Below, one piece after another: positions 53,022 through 64,000 of a stretch of DNA of 64,000 nucleotides; within the stretch, counting starts at the first letter, position 1, and each line of letters starts with the position of its first letter. The DNA lies in the NCBI GenBank assembly GCA_043228905.1, contig JBHGNT010000004.1, positions 19,158,001 to 19,222,000 of the forward strand, written 5' to 3'. A program made the translations under genes and the position numbers. The notes under the pieces are model-generated. The model worked only from the letters and a program-made list of their open reading frames with translations. It ran no database searches and was not told the origin of the DNA. Source of the DNA: Azolla caroliniana. Its lineage: Eukaryota; Plantae; Polypodiophyta.

Positions 53022-53524
53022 TGTTAATTCTTAGGGCCGGACAATGGCCTAACACAGGGTGTCTACGGAAGACACTTCACCAAAGGGGTGTTACGATGAG
53101 ATAACTTAAGACACAATGATTAATCCCAATTAATTGGCTACTTAGCAATATGGCATTCAATTAATACACGCATAAGATATAACAATTAATACGGAACGGT
53201 AATCAATACGTGAAGATAAAACAAGAAGCTTATATTAATTCTCTTTTAAAGTTTTACATTTTAACTGGGCCTTTATATAGGTCACCGGTGCTGCGTACAA
53301 AACGGTGCCAATCGGCACCTGTTCGGAACCGGTTTGGATCCGGATCGGCATACCGATTCCAGTCCGTCCGTTTACTACTTAATTATAATCTATTCTACTT
53401 AATTAAAATAGATTCTGAATAACAATCCCTTTCACATTCTGGTCTTTAACTCCTTTATCGGCCAACTAACACATGGCATGCCCGTGGGACAGTTCCTTGT
53501 ACGTCAAATCCCACTATCCGGCCC

Positions 53525-56424
53525 TTAGCCTTTGTCCAAGATATCCAGAATACTCTGCTCCAAGGTATCCAATGGTTGTTCGGAACTCTGTTGTTGTTGC
53601 TGATGTGGCTGTAGTTGTTGTGGCTTCGGCTCCTCCGACTGTTGCTCCTTAGATGGCGTTTGTTCGGCTCCCGGTACTGGTAGTTGTGGCGGTGATTCCT
53701 TCGTTAGCTGCTCTGCGAGATTTGACTCCGGTTGACTCGCCCCGGCCTTGTCTCCGTTCGGTCCTTGCTCCGGTGATGGCTCCTCATCGCTGAGGTTGAC
53801 AGCCGCCGCCTGCTTTGCTTCTTCTTTCCATAGCCTGGTCCGCTCATAGCTTTCAAACTGGATTTGAGCATCTAGTCGATCATCGTCTGACTGTGCTACC
53901 AATTGCCGGACCACTGCTAACTGTTCCTCCGCCAGAGTTACAAAATCTTCTGCTAACTCATCTCTTACAGCGGTGAAGTCCTCTTTTGTTAGCATGTAGC
54001 AGTCGTCGCCATCCTTCTGCCGGTTTTCCGCGTCCGCCCTTAGCAACTGGAGCTCGTTTGTGTGCTTTACCCATTTGTCCCACCATTACGCGGATCTTTC
54101 GTCAATCAAGCGTTTGGTCTTGTTCCTCCATGCCTGGACAATGAACTGAATCCGCTCCAATCCCATCTTCGATTTGTCCTCCGCGGTTTGCCGTTCGTCC
54201 TTCAATTGCTTGATCAGTGCCACCGTATCCACCTCCTACTCCTGGTAATGTGACAACTGGTTTTGATAGGTGTTCCGCAACCTTTGCAATACCATTGTTG
54301 CTCTTTCCTTCTCTTCATAATGCTGCTTATGGAGCTCCATACGTTCTTGCGCGGCTTCCTCCAGTAGCGTGGTTCTTTCAGCCCGTTCCTCCGCTAGCGC
54401 CATCTCAGCTCGATGCACCTCTTGCTGGAGCTCTGCCATCTTCTCCTGTTGTTTCTTATGCTCCGTATCCAGGTGCTTGTAGTCCCGGTGCAGGTGCTTA
54501 AAATCATCGGTCTTCTACTTCAGCTTTTGGTTGAGTTGCCGGCGAGCGCAGTCTTCCCGATCCTTCTGTTGACGGAGTTCTTCTTTAAGTCTTTCGATCT
54601 CTATTTTCGCCATCCGTCGCAGCTTCTCCTTTTCTTGCAGCACCTTCTCTTTCTCCTCCTTCAGCCGGTCATATGCCTGATGTCCTTTCCGCAGATTCTC
54701 TTCTGCCTGGCGGAGGTTCTCGGCAGTCAATCTTTGCTCTTCTTCTGCCACTTTCTTCAAGTCCCGCTCTCGGGTGCGTAATGCTTCTTGTGCGGCTAGT
54801 TCATCCCTCAATTCAACAAGCTCTCTTGCTTGCGCCGCCACTATCTCCGGGACTGGTTCCGTCTCCGGGGTCTTATTGCTATGTACAGGTGCCAGTGTTT
54901 CTTTATTCTGTACATCTACCGGAGTCACCGGTGCTTGGATCGGTGGTCCGGTTAAGGCCATTTTGGCCAATTCTTCTGTGGCCAGGTCCAAGTCTTGTTC
55001 TAAGCTCCGGATCCTTGACCGAGCCGTCTCTAGTTCTCTAGTTGTGATGAGCAACTGGTCCATTTGCGCTTTCTCTTCCGCCTCTATGTAGGGTACTACT
55101 CCGACAATCTGTTCTCCAATCCACCGAAGCCATTGGCTACTGGTGCCCTGTTGCTGCGTCTGCCCGGAGGGTTGGCTGTTGGTGTCGTTGGTCAGTGGTC
55201 GGTATTGTCCGGCTGCATCAAGCTGCAAATCTGTCTCTGGTTGGTGACCACTTTGCCGTTCTGGTTCTTGTTGCGGCTCTGTTGGCCACTCTCGCCTATG
55301 ATTGCTCTTGACCTGCCGGTGGGGTAGGCAACTGTACTTCCGAAACTTGCATTTCAGGTCTTGCCGTATCCTGACCCGCCGGTATAGTTTGTTATACAGG
55401 GAGCTTTATTACCGGTTCTGTCCGAACCGGTTCCGGTTCCCCCCTTGGTGCGGGATGCTCAGTGCGGGGTAGAGGCGTTCCATCCTTCTTTGGGTCCGAA
55501 TGCTCCCCGGTCTGTTCGGAGGTGCTTGCCTTCTGGTGCCGCTGGAGGTGCTCTAACGGTTCCTCCTCCGCTTCTTCCTCCTGAGTCCCGATGTTGATTT
55601 TTGCTGCCAAGGGGTCTGCCTCTTGTTGAACCGGTCGGTGAAGTCTGATCTTGATTGGCCATGCCGGTGGCTCCTACTATGTTTCCACCTACATCTTTCT
55701 ATTAGCGCACTCCTTTGATGCCTGGTCCGTGTCGGCCGCCTTCCCTTTGGTTGCCTTAGAGGCCAACAACTGCTGCCGTTTCGAAGCTGTTTTCGAGGTG
55801 ACTTCGATTGTTCTTCCCCACTTCGTGGTTTTGACGGGCTTGATAGGTGGCGCCAATAGGGTGAGCCATTGCTCCACTGCCGTCCATATCTTCCGACCCT
55901 CCTTGCCTCTGACAGAGTCGATGGCCGCACAGAGGCCATCCGCAATAAGTACCGGCCAGTCCACCTTCACGCCTTCATATGTTGCTATGATTAAGCCGAC
56001 CCGGTTCTGAGGCATGCACGGGGGTCGAGGGTATACATGTCCAAATTCATGGAGCACATGGGCAATCTCTCGAAAGAGTGGATCTTCGCCGCCCTGTGTC
56101 CGGTAGGCCTTGCTGGCCAGAGATTATTCCCCAAAATATTTTCAGAGCTGCTCCGGGGTAGTGAAGATGGCCCCTTCCGGAAGGCCAATCAAAGCATGGA
56201 TGGCCTCCTCTGTGATCAGTAGGGTTGTCGATAGTGAAGATGGCCCCTTCCGGAAGGCCAATCAAAGCATGGATGGCCTCCTCTGTGATCAGTTCTGTGT
56301 CGATCTCCTTTACTATCTTCTCTGCCTCCCGGTGTGGTGGAGCCTCCATGATTGTGAGGAAACCTTCTAACCAATGTTGCCTTAGCCACTTCTTGGCTGC
56401 TTCAGAGAGTGCTTGGCAGTCCAT
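53525..56424 (-). pseudogene. Retroelement additional ORF (globular N-terminal domain plus long coiled coil), disrupted
   Basis: Co-oriented ORF fragments 56047-56424, 55689-56057, 55392-55662, 54515-55228, 54236-54439, 53525-54046; E/K/Q/R-rich helical composition; no RT/INT/PR motifs. Confidence 0.65.
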
Positions 56425-57466
56425 GGCTTCCTTCCGCGTCTACCATGTTCACCGTTGGTCGCTTGTCGTAGCTCTTCGTCGGACATTGATTACTATAGTG
56501 GCCTTCTTGCCGGCAATAATAGCAGTATGGCTTCCGAGTGTTGCTAGATTCGACATGTGTGCTTGGTGGAGGTCTTGTGGTAAGTGCTTGGTTTTGGCCG
56601 GTTGGCTGCTTGGAACGCCCTTTTCCAGTTCCCGTGGATGATCCCCCTTTTTGTTGAAATGACGTTTCTTGTTGAAATTCTTTTTGTTTCGGTAACCTTG
56701 ACGGTGTTGGTCGTCATACTTGCCATAGTTGTCCCGTCATTGGTTGTAACCAAGGGAGTGATCCCGGTTGTATCTCTCGTACCGTCCATTATAGTCCCGA
56801 TATCTATCCTGTCTGTCATACCGGTCATAAGCGTCTCTTCGATCGTTATACCTGTTGGGAGACAGGTCCCTCCAAATGGGAAGGGAGAAGAATAGTGCCG
56901 ATGAACAAACTCGGCCGAGGCCGAAACCGTATGAGGAGGACCCGGCTACGGAGAGCCGGATGGTGCAGACCGGTCAAAGTCAAGGGGGAGGCCTACTTGC
57001 TTCTATTGCGGCAAGTCGGGACACTTCCAAAAGAACTGTCGGCATTTCCGTAAAGACAAGGAAACCGACGGTACCGATTCGAAGCAAACCCCGGACCGGA
57101 ACGGTAAAGACCGGAGGGGGCCGGACCGGAAGGGAACGACGGCAATCGCGGCAAGTGCAGAAGAGTTGATGCTAATCACCATGGAGTGTGAGATAAACCT
57201 TGCCGGCGACGAGATGACCTGGGTGGTAGACTCTGGAGCGTCGTTCCACCTTACCCTGGACCGGAAATGCTTCTCATCCTACTCAACCGGTGACCACGGC
57301 TGTGTCCGGATGGGGAATGAAGGTACATGCCGAATTGTCGGCATAGGAGACACGTGGTTGTCAACACCAACCGGATGCAAGTTGCTGCTGAAGGATGTCC
57401 AACACGTTCCGGAGGTTCGTCTGAACCTGATATCAGCCGGCCGGCTAGATGATGAAGGCTACACGG

Positions 57467-58851
57467 TGTTGTGTGAATCTTCACACACTATGTAAAAAAA
57501 ATAATGAAATAATTATTATAGATTAGATTAGTAGCTTACTATAGAAAGATGGATTTACTCAAGAGATTCAAAATGTATTTTACTATATACAAAATGGAGA
57601 AATACATACCAAGTTATGAGAAAATAAAGTTTGATTAGATAGGGAAATTAGAACTATCCCACATAGATAGGAAAGTTAAGGCCCTGGCTATATAAACTCC
57701 TTGAGCTCCCTCATTTTTCATTTGTGCTAAGAGCACTTTGGCCACTTTGTCTTGATGGATGATGGTGGCCAAATTCCTTAAAATCGTAAACCGGCTGGTA
57801 AGCAAATCCGGAAAATGGGTCCGGTAAGCAAATCCGAAAACGGGCCGGTAAGCAAATCCGGAAACCGGCCGGTATGCAATCCGGAAACCGGTCGGTATGC
57901 AAAACCGGAACCGGAACGGGTATGCAAACCAGCCGGTAAGCAAAATCGGAAACCGGCCGGTAAGCAAAACCCGAATTGGAACGGGTATGCAAACCGGAAA
58001 CCGGCCGGTAAGCAAAACCGGAACCGGCTGGCAAGCAAAACCGGAACTGGTAATCGGTAAGCAAATCGGAACCGGCCGGTAAGCAAAACTAGAAACCGGC
58101 CGGTAAGCAAAACCGGAACCGGAATCGGCAAGCAAACCGGAACCGGTCGGCAAGCAAAATGGAACCGGCTACCGGACGAGGTTGGACGCGGACGGACGAA
58201 AGATTGGATCATGCAACAAACTAAAGTAAAGTGAAGAGAACTAAAGTAAAGGCCATGTGGACACAAGCATCTAAAGAAGGAGTGCATGGAAAAAGTAAAG
58301 GTCATGTGGACAGTCACATGCAACCAAAAGAAAAAGCTAGGCAACTAAAAGTAGAGGCCATGCAACAAAAAGTGGAAAAGCTATGATCAAGGGAGAACTA
58401 CATATTTATTCCATTTTTTTTTTTCCTACACTAGCTCTCACTCTCCATATTATCTTTATTTATTTATTTTTCTTTGGGGGAGCTCTCTTATCTTATCGAA
58501 GCCAATAACCCTAATCTTCCCTACGGAAGCTATCTCTCAAGTAAACCATAATCTCCATACGGAAGCAATCTCTCAAAATCCAAAATTCATTGTCAAAGCC
58601 ATATCACTCAAGAATCATAATGTCTTATTTCCTCTAATCTATTATTATAATCATCTCCATAAGATAAAACTTTTGTAATCCCAATCTTGGGATTGATTGT
58701 AATCTTTCTTTCCCTTTTATTAATGAAATTTGTTAATCTTTCTCATTTTGGTTAATTCTTAGTACATAAATACACGAATTTGATATCCTCTAGACAAAGG
58801 CCCCGGGGTCTTGCCTCAACGTTCACGTATCCTTGTCGTATTTTCACGACA
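57467..58851. mobile_element. Solo LTR (1385 bp) with 4-bp TSD, inserted in copia copy 2
   Basis: Termini TGTTGTG...CACGACA; TSD ACGG. Removing it restores CTACACGGGTAGC as seen in copy 1 (~21579). Confidence 0.88.
57788..58175. repeat. Degenerate minisatellite (~20-27-bp unit, CCGGTAAGCAAAACCGGAAA)
   Basis: More than a dozen imperfect units visible; the source of the repetitive ORFs at 57635-58344. Confidence 0.9.
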
Positions 58852-61830
58852 ACGGGTAGCATCCGGAATGGTGTCATGAAGTTCAACAAAGGGAGCCTGA
58901 TTGTGGCCCGGGCCCAGAAGGTCAACACATTGTACCTGATGAATGCCTAATTATGTTCGGAAGAAGTGAACGTGGCATCCGACACTGCCGGTGAGCTGTG
59001 GCACAAGAGGCTGTGCCATATGAGCGAGAAGGGGATGAAGAGGCTTGCAGACGACAACCTCATTCCAGTGAAGAACGTGCACTTAGAGAAGTGCACTGAT
59101 TGTCTGGCCGGTAAGCAGAACCGGACCTCCTTCCAACCAAGGCCACCGATGAGACGTAATGCACCACTGGAGTTGGTGCATACGGATGTGTGTCAAGTAG
59201 ACACGAAGTCACATGCCGGAGCGCAGTACTTCGTGACGTTCATAGATGACCACAGCCAGAAGTTGTGGGCCACACCGTTGAAGACGAAGGATCAGGTGTT
59301 ATCCGTCTTCAAAGACCTCCACGCGAGAGTGAAAAGAGAAACTGGCCGGAAGCTGAAGTCGGTTCGAGCAGATAACGGAGGAGAATACCGGGGGCAGTTC
59401 GAGGAGTACTGCCGCTCGAAGGGAATCTGGCTCGAATTTACCGTGCCGAAGACACCGGAACTAAACGGGCTGGCCGAGAGGATGAAGCGGACCATAATGG
59501 AGAGGGTCCATAGTATGCTGGCGCATGCAAAACTACCCAAGAAGTTTTGGGTTGAGGCATTGTCGACGGCGACATACGTGATAAACAGATCACCCGAAGT
59601 ACCCTTGGACGGAGACACGCCACAGAGAGTGTGGACCGGTAAGGAAGTATCCTACCGGCATCTGAAGGTGTTCGGGTGTCTCGCGTACGTGCATGTAGCA
59701 AAGGACCGGAGAGGAAAGTTAGATCCAAAGACCCGGCCATGCATATTCCTCGGTTACGGTAACAATGAGTTCGGCTACCGAGTATGGGACCTGGTCGACA
59801 AGAAGGTATTCCGGAGTCGAGATATTATCTTCATGGAGGACAAGACACTCGCCGACTGGGAGTCGGAGAAGAAGATAATGAACTCCGAGTCGACCGGTAA
59901 GGATCAACTCTACGATGAGCAGACCCAACCGGCAAGAGACCGGTTAGCACTCGAAGAACTAGCCGGATATGGTGAGGATACCGAACCGGCAGAAGAAGAA
60001 GTAGAGGAAGCGGAGACCGGAACCGGCCTAAACCCCGAATCGGATTCGGATGAAGAGCAAATGGAGGAGCCGGCTACCGAAGCCCAAAGACGGAGATATC
60101 CTCTCAGAGAGAGAAGGGCCCCCCGGAGATTTCCGGATGCAGAGCATGTTCTGCTGACCGATGAGGGGGAGCCGGAAAGCTTCAAAGAAGCGAAGGATGA
60201 CACCCACAACCGAAAATGGTTAAGTGCCATGCAGGATGAGATGGATTCCCTGCATGAGAACCATACGTACGAATTGGTGGAGTTGCCAAAAGGAAAGCGG
60301 GCACTCCGAAACAAGTGGGTGTACAAGTTGAAACCGGGAGATGCCGGCAACCCCCTGAGCTACAAAGCCAGGATCGTGGTGAAGGGGTTCCAGCAGAAGA
60401 AGGGCGTGGACTTCGACGAGATATTTGCCCCGGTAGTAAAGATGACCTCCATCCGGACGGTGCTGAGTATAGCGGCAAGCATGGACCTCGAGGTAGGACA
60501 GCTGGACGTGAAGACGACATTCCTTCACGGCGACCTCGAAGAGGAGATCTATATGCAACAACTGGAGGGATTCGTGGAGAAAGGGAAGGAGCACCTGGTA
60601 TGCTGGTTGAAGAAGAGCCTCTACGGGTTGAAGCAGGGCCCCCGGCAATGGTACCGGAAGTTTGACTCCTTCATGACCGATCAAGGGTACCACAAGACGT
60701 AGGCCGATCACTGCGTGTTTGTGAAGAAGTTTGAAGGAGGTGACTTCCTGATACTCCTTCTGTACGTGGATGACATGTTGATCGTCGGACGGGACCAAGC
60801 CAGAATACGGATGTTGGAGAAGGCTCTCAACCGAACTTTCGCAATGAAAGACTTGGGTCCGGCAAGACAGATGCTGGGGATGCATATAATTCGGAACCGG
60901 CCAATGAAGCAATTGTGGTTGTCACAGGAGAAGTACGTGACAAAGGTGCTTCAACGGTTCAACATGTTAGAAGCGAAACTGGTCGGATCGACACTCCCGG
61001 CAAACTGCAGATTATCCGGTAAGCAAAGCCCGAAGACGAAAGCAGAGATGGCTGATATGATGAAGGTTCCATATGCCTCTGCCGTCGGGAGCTTGATGTA
61101 TGCAATGGTGTGTACCCGACCGGATATAGGATACGAAGTCGGAGTGGTGAGCCGGTTTATGAGCAATCCCGGCAAGGAGCACTGGAACGCGGTCAAATGG
61201 ATACTCCGGTACTTGAAGGGCACTTCAAATATGTGTCTCCGATTCGGCTCCGGAAAACCTCAACTTGACAGTTTTACCGATTCGGACATGTCGGCTGATG
61301 TGGATACCAGCCGGTCTACATCCGGGTATGTAATGACAGATGCAGGGGGAGCTGTTTCGTGGCAGTTGAGGCTGCAGAAGACGGTTGCACTGTCAACCAC
61401 GGAGGCGGAGTACATGGCGGTTGTGGAAGCCGGCAAGGAAATATTATGGATGAAGGACTTCATCGGAGAGCTTGGTATCCGGCAAGATGAATATCGGCTC
61501 TATTGCGATAGTCAAAGTGCCATCCACCTTGCTAAGAATGTGGCCTACCATTCCTGGACGAAGCATATCTAGCGGAGGTATCACTAGATCTGGGAAAGAG
61601 TAGATGACGAGGAGTTTGCATTGACGAAGATCCACACGACCGAGAACGGGTTAGATATGGTGACCAAAGTTTTGGTACCCGACAAGCTGGATGCATGCCG
61701 GAAGCAGATCGGACTGGTAAGACACCCCATCCCGGAGTGAAGGGCAAGTTTGTTGGGAGACAGGTCCCTCCGGATGGGAAGGGAAAAGAACAGTGCCGAT
61801 GAACAAACTCGGCCGAGGCCAAAACCGTAT

Positions 61831-61992
61831 GAGGAGGACCCGGCTACGGAGAGCCGGATGGTGCAGACCCGGTGAGAACCGGATGAGGAGTACCCGGCTA
61901 CGGAGAGCCGAATGGTGCAGGCCCGGTGAGAACCGGATGAGGAGCACCCGGCTACGGAGAGCCGGATGACGCAGACCCGGTGAGAACCGGAG
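61831..61992 (+). repeat. 54-bp tandem repeat x3 in the U3 of the copia copy 2 3' LTR
   Basis: Units start at 61831, 61885 and 61939, and share sub-motifs with the 40-bp unit of copy 1. Confidence 0.9.
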
Positions 61993-64000
61993 GTAGAGAC
62001 ATATTCGTAAATATGTTTCTGAGAGCCCATCGAGGCTATATTTGTAAATAGCCTAAAAGTCATATCAGTATAAATATGACTTAGGGCAAACATGTGTATG
62101 TGTTGTTGTTATTTTCTTGTTGGTGCAAGAAGAAGAGAGAGGATGTAACGTTGTATAGAGAGAGAGAGAGAGAAAGAGGCCGTTGCCTGTGTTGTAACTG
62201 CCGCCTGTGGCGAAGATCGTGAGCACGAGGTCGTTGCCTCCGTGAACTCACTGTTTTGTACATTCCAACATAGTGATAGTTTGCAGCCTGTGGGCTGCCG
62301 TGGTTTTTCCCTCTTTGGGTTTTCCACGTAAACATTCTGTGTACCTTTTCTCTCCTTTGTGTCGCGTGTTTTTCCCGTTTCCTGTTTTTCTGTGTATGAA
62401 AAGAATCTCGGTTGTGGCCGAGCGGTGTGCATAAGGAGCGTTTGAGTTCCCGTCAATACCGGACATCTTGTGCCGGCCGGTAGCGCTCCTCTTGCCACCA
62501 ACGTTCTTCTTCTTCCTCCTAGTTGCTTCGTGGTTCAATTTGCCAAACCGGTGGTGCTTGCCGATTTAACAAGTTATACTCACATCGTTCCATTGTGTGA
62601 CTTCTAGAGTGGTAGAGTAAGCATTGGGAACACATGGTGCATTCCAGTGCCGAATGTCCGGCATTCAGGCATGTCGTACATTGAACTGCTTGCCGGAAAT
62701 GGAGGTCCTCATCTGTCGATAGTGCACGCTGAAGTGCGGCCATGGTTAGCCATGAACTTGAGTTTTCCATTTCCTGAACTCGGTCGATCACTTGATCTAT
62801 GCTGCTCGTGCGGAAATCAATGACGGTGCACACCGTTCATGAGGGTTCCTGGAGTGCTGCTAAGAATATAGCCTTTGTTTCTTCCTCCGGTGGTGTCCAG
62901 CTGAGCTGACTGTGGATCCGCTAGAACCGGATGACAAACTGTTGAATGTTCTCCGTTGGCTCCTACCGGATACTGTAAAATAAGCCTACCATTTCCCGTT
63001 GGTCCATCTCCTTGTGAAAGAAATGCAAATTTTTTGTCTTTAATGTTTCAAATGTGGGGATGGTGCTGGGATCTTGTGTTTGGTGTTATCCGGCGGCCGG
63101 TCCCTCCAAGGTCATGTTGAACTCTGCCCTTTTTGAGCGTTCCTCTTCGGCTGCATTTAAGCGTTGGGACACATGGTTTGCCTCCCAGGTTTGTTGAAAC
63201 GCATGGATGTGGGCTTCCGCGTTCAGATCATCCCGGTATCTAGGATATTGGAACGGTATATCGTCGTTTGGTGTTGGTACTCTTTCCTCCTCCTCTGTCA
63301 GTGTCGGAGGTCTGTCCCGCTCCTCTGTCGGTGTTGGAGGTCTCTCCTTCGCGACTTCTGGTGTCAGAGGTCTCTCGTCCTCGACTTCTGGTTCTGGTTC
63401 CGGAGTGTGTTTGACTTCTGGTGCCGGAGGTTCCAACGTTGTCAATTCTGGTTCCGGTGTCAACAAATTATCTGACTCCTCGTCCTCCGGTCCGTCTGGG
63501 GTGTCGTTATTGTTGCGGTAGTTCGTCTGCGCACTGTATTCCCCATTCGAACCCGATTCAAATGCTGAAAATGCTTTGGATTCTCCTTCGCCCGCTACCA
63601 ATACCTGGAGAAGGGATTCCGCTTCCCGGAGGCTGCTTACACTGCTTCCTTCGTCCGTGCAATCGTCTTGTTGTAAACGAAGTGACTCCTTGGCCACTCT
63701 CCAGATCACTTTGGAAAATGAGCGATCCGCTTTGATTTCTTTTGTTGCTTGCTGGAAAGCCTCTCGCTTCCTCAACCGTTTAGCAAGTCTCCTTGCTCAC
63801 TCCGTAACCGGGTCGTTCGTTGGTCTATTCATCCATTCCCGCCGATGTTCGCTGCGATTGTGCAGGAATCGTAGTCGCCAAAAACTGTGTTAATCCTTAG
63901 GGCCGGACAATGGCCTAACATAGGGTGTCTACGGAAGACACTTCACCAAAGGGGTGTTACAATGAGATAACTTAAGACACAATGATTAATCCGACTTAAT

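Larger units (their letters stand above)
56853..62455 (+). mobile_element. Tork-like Ty1/copia copy 2; most of the 5' LTR, the PBS and most of gag deleted
   Basis: Perfect TSD ATACC (56848-56852, 62456-62460); 5' LTR stub 56853-~56974; 3' LTR 61751-62455; INT-RT ORFs 58966-60702 and 60715-61572 nearly identical to copy 1. Confidence 0.95.
53022..64000 (-). mobile_element. Non-autonomous gypsy-like LTR element: gag plus large extra ORF, no pol; 5' LTR runs off the window
   Basis: 3' LTR 53022-53424 (TGTTAATTC...GAATAACA) matches 63888-64000. PPT GAAAGGGAT 53425-53433; PBS-like TGGCGACT 63873-63880. Gag pieces at 63086-63775 and 62519-62833, and a CX2CX4HX4C knuckle at 56483-56524. Confidence 0.85.

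Overview
Eukaryotic nuclear DNA from a land plant. The transposon mix suggests a non-seed plant such as a fern, but that is inference only. Bases 1-15 kb hold two intact, convergent spliced genes: a 15-exon mitochondrial glycine decarboxylase P-protein (GLDP, +, 1406-8121, 1044 aa) and a 4-exon clade-B-like PP2C phosphatase with a MAPK-docking motif (-, 12029-14167, 395 aa). Three hAT-type MITEs with 8-bp TSDs lie in or near these genes. From ~19 kb on, the window is mostly retroelements. First comes a TSD-bounded LINE split by a full-length Tnt1/Tork-like copia, then a deeply nested stack from 33 to 64 kb. The most notable signals are four. (1) A chromovirus whose PBS is complementary to its own predicted transcript 5' end (Tf1-like self-priming). 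(2) An LTR element with gag plus a ~2.9-kb coiled-coil extra ORF but no pol. (3) Three TGTYGTG-terminated LTRs whose target-side 4-mers are all centred on CpG; two have 4-bp TSDs and the third has a tRNA-Trp PBS. (4) Two copia copies with different LTRs that share the same RT stop codon. All coordinates were read by eye and no database searches were run.
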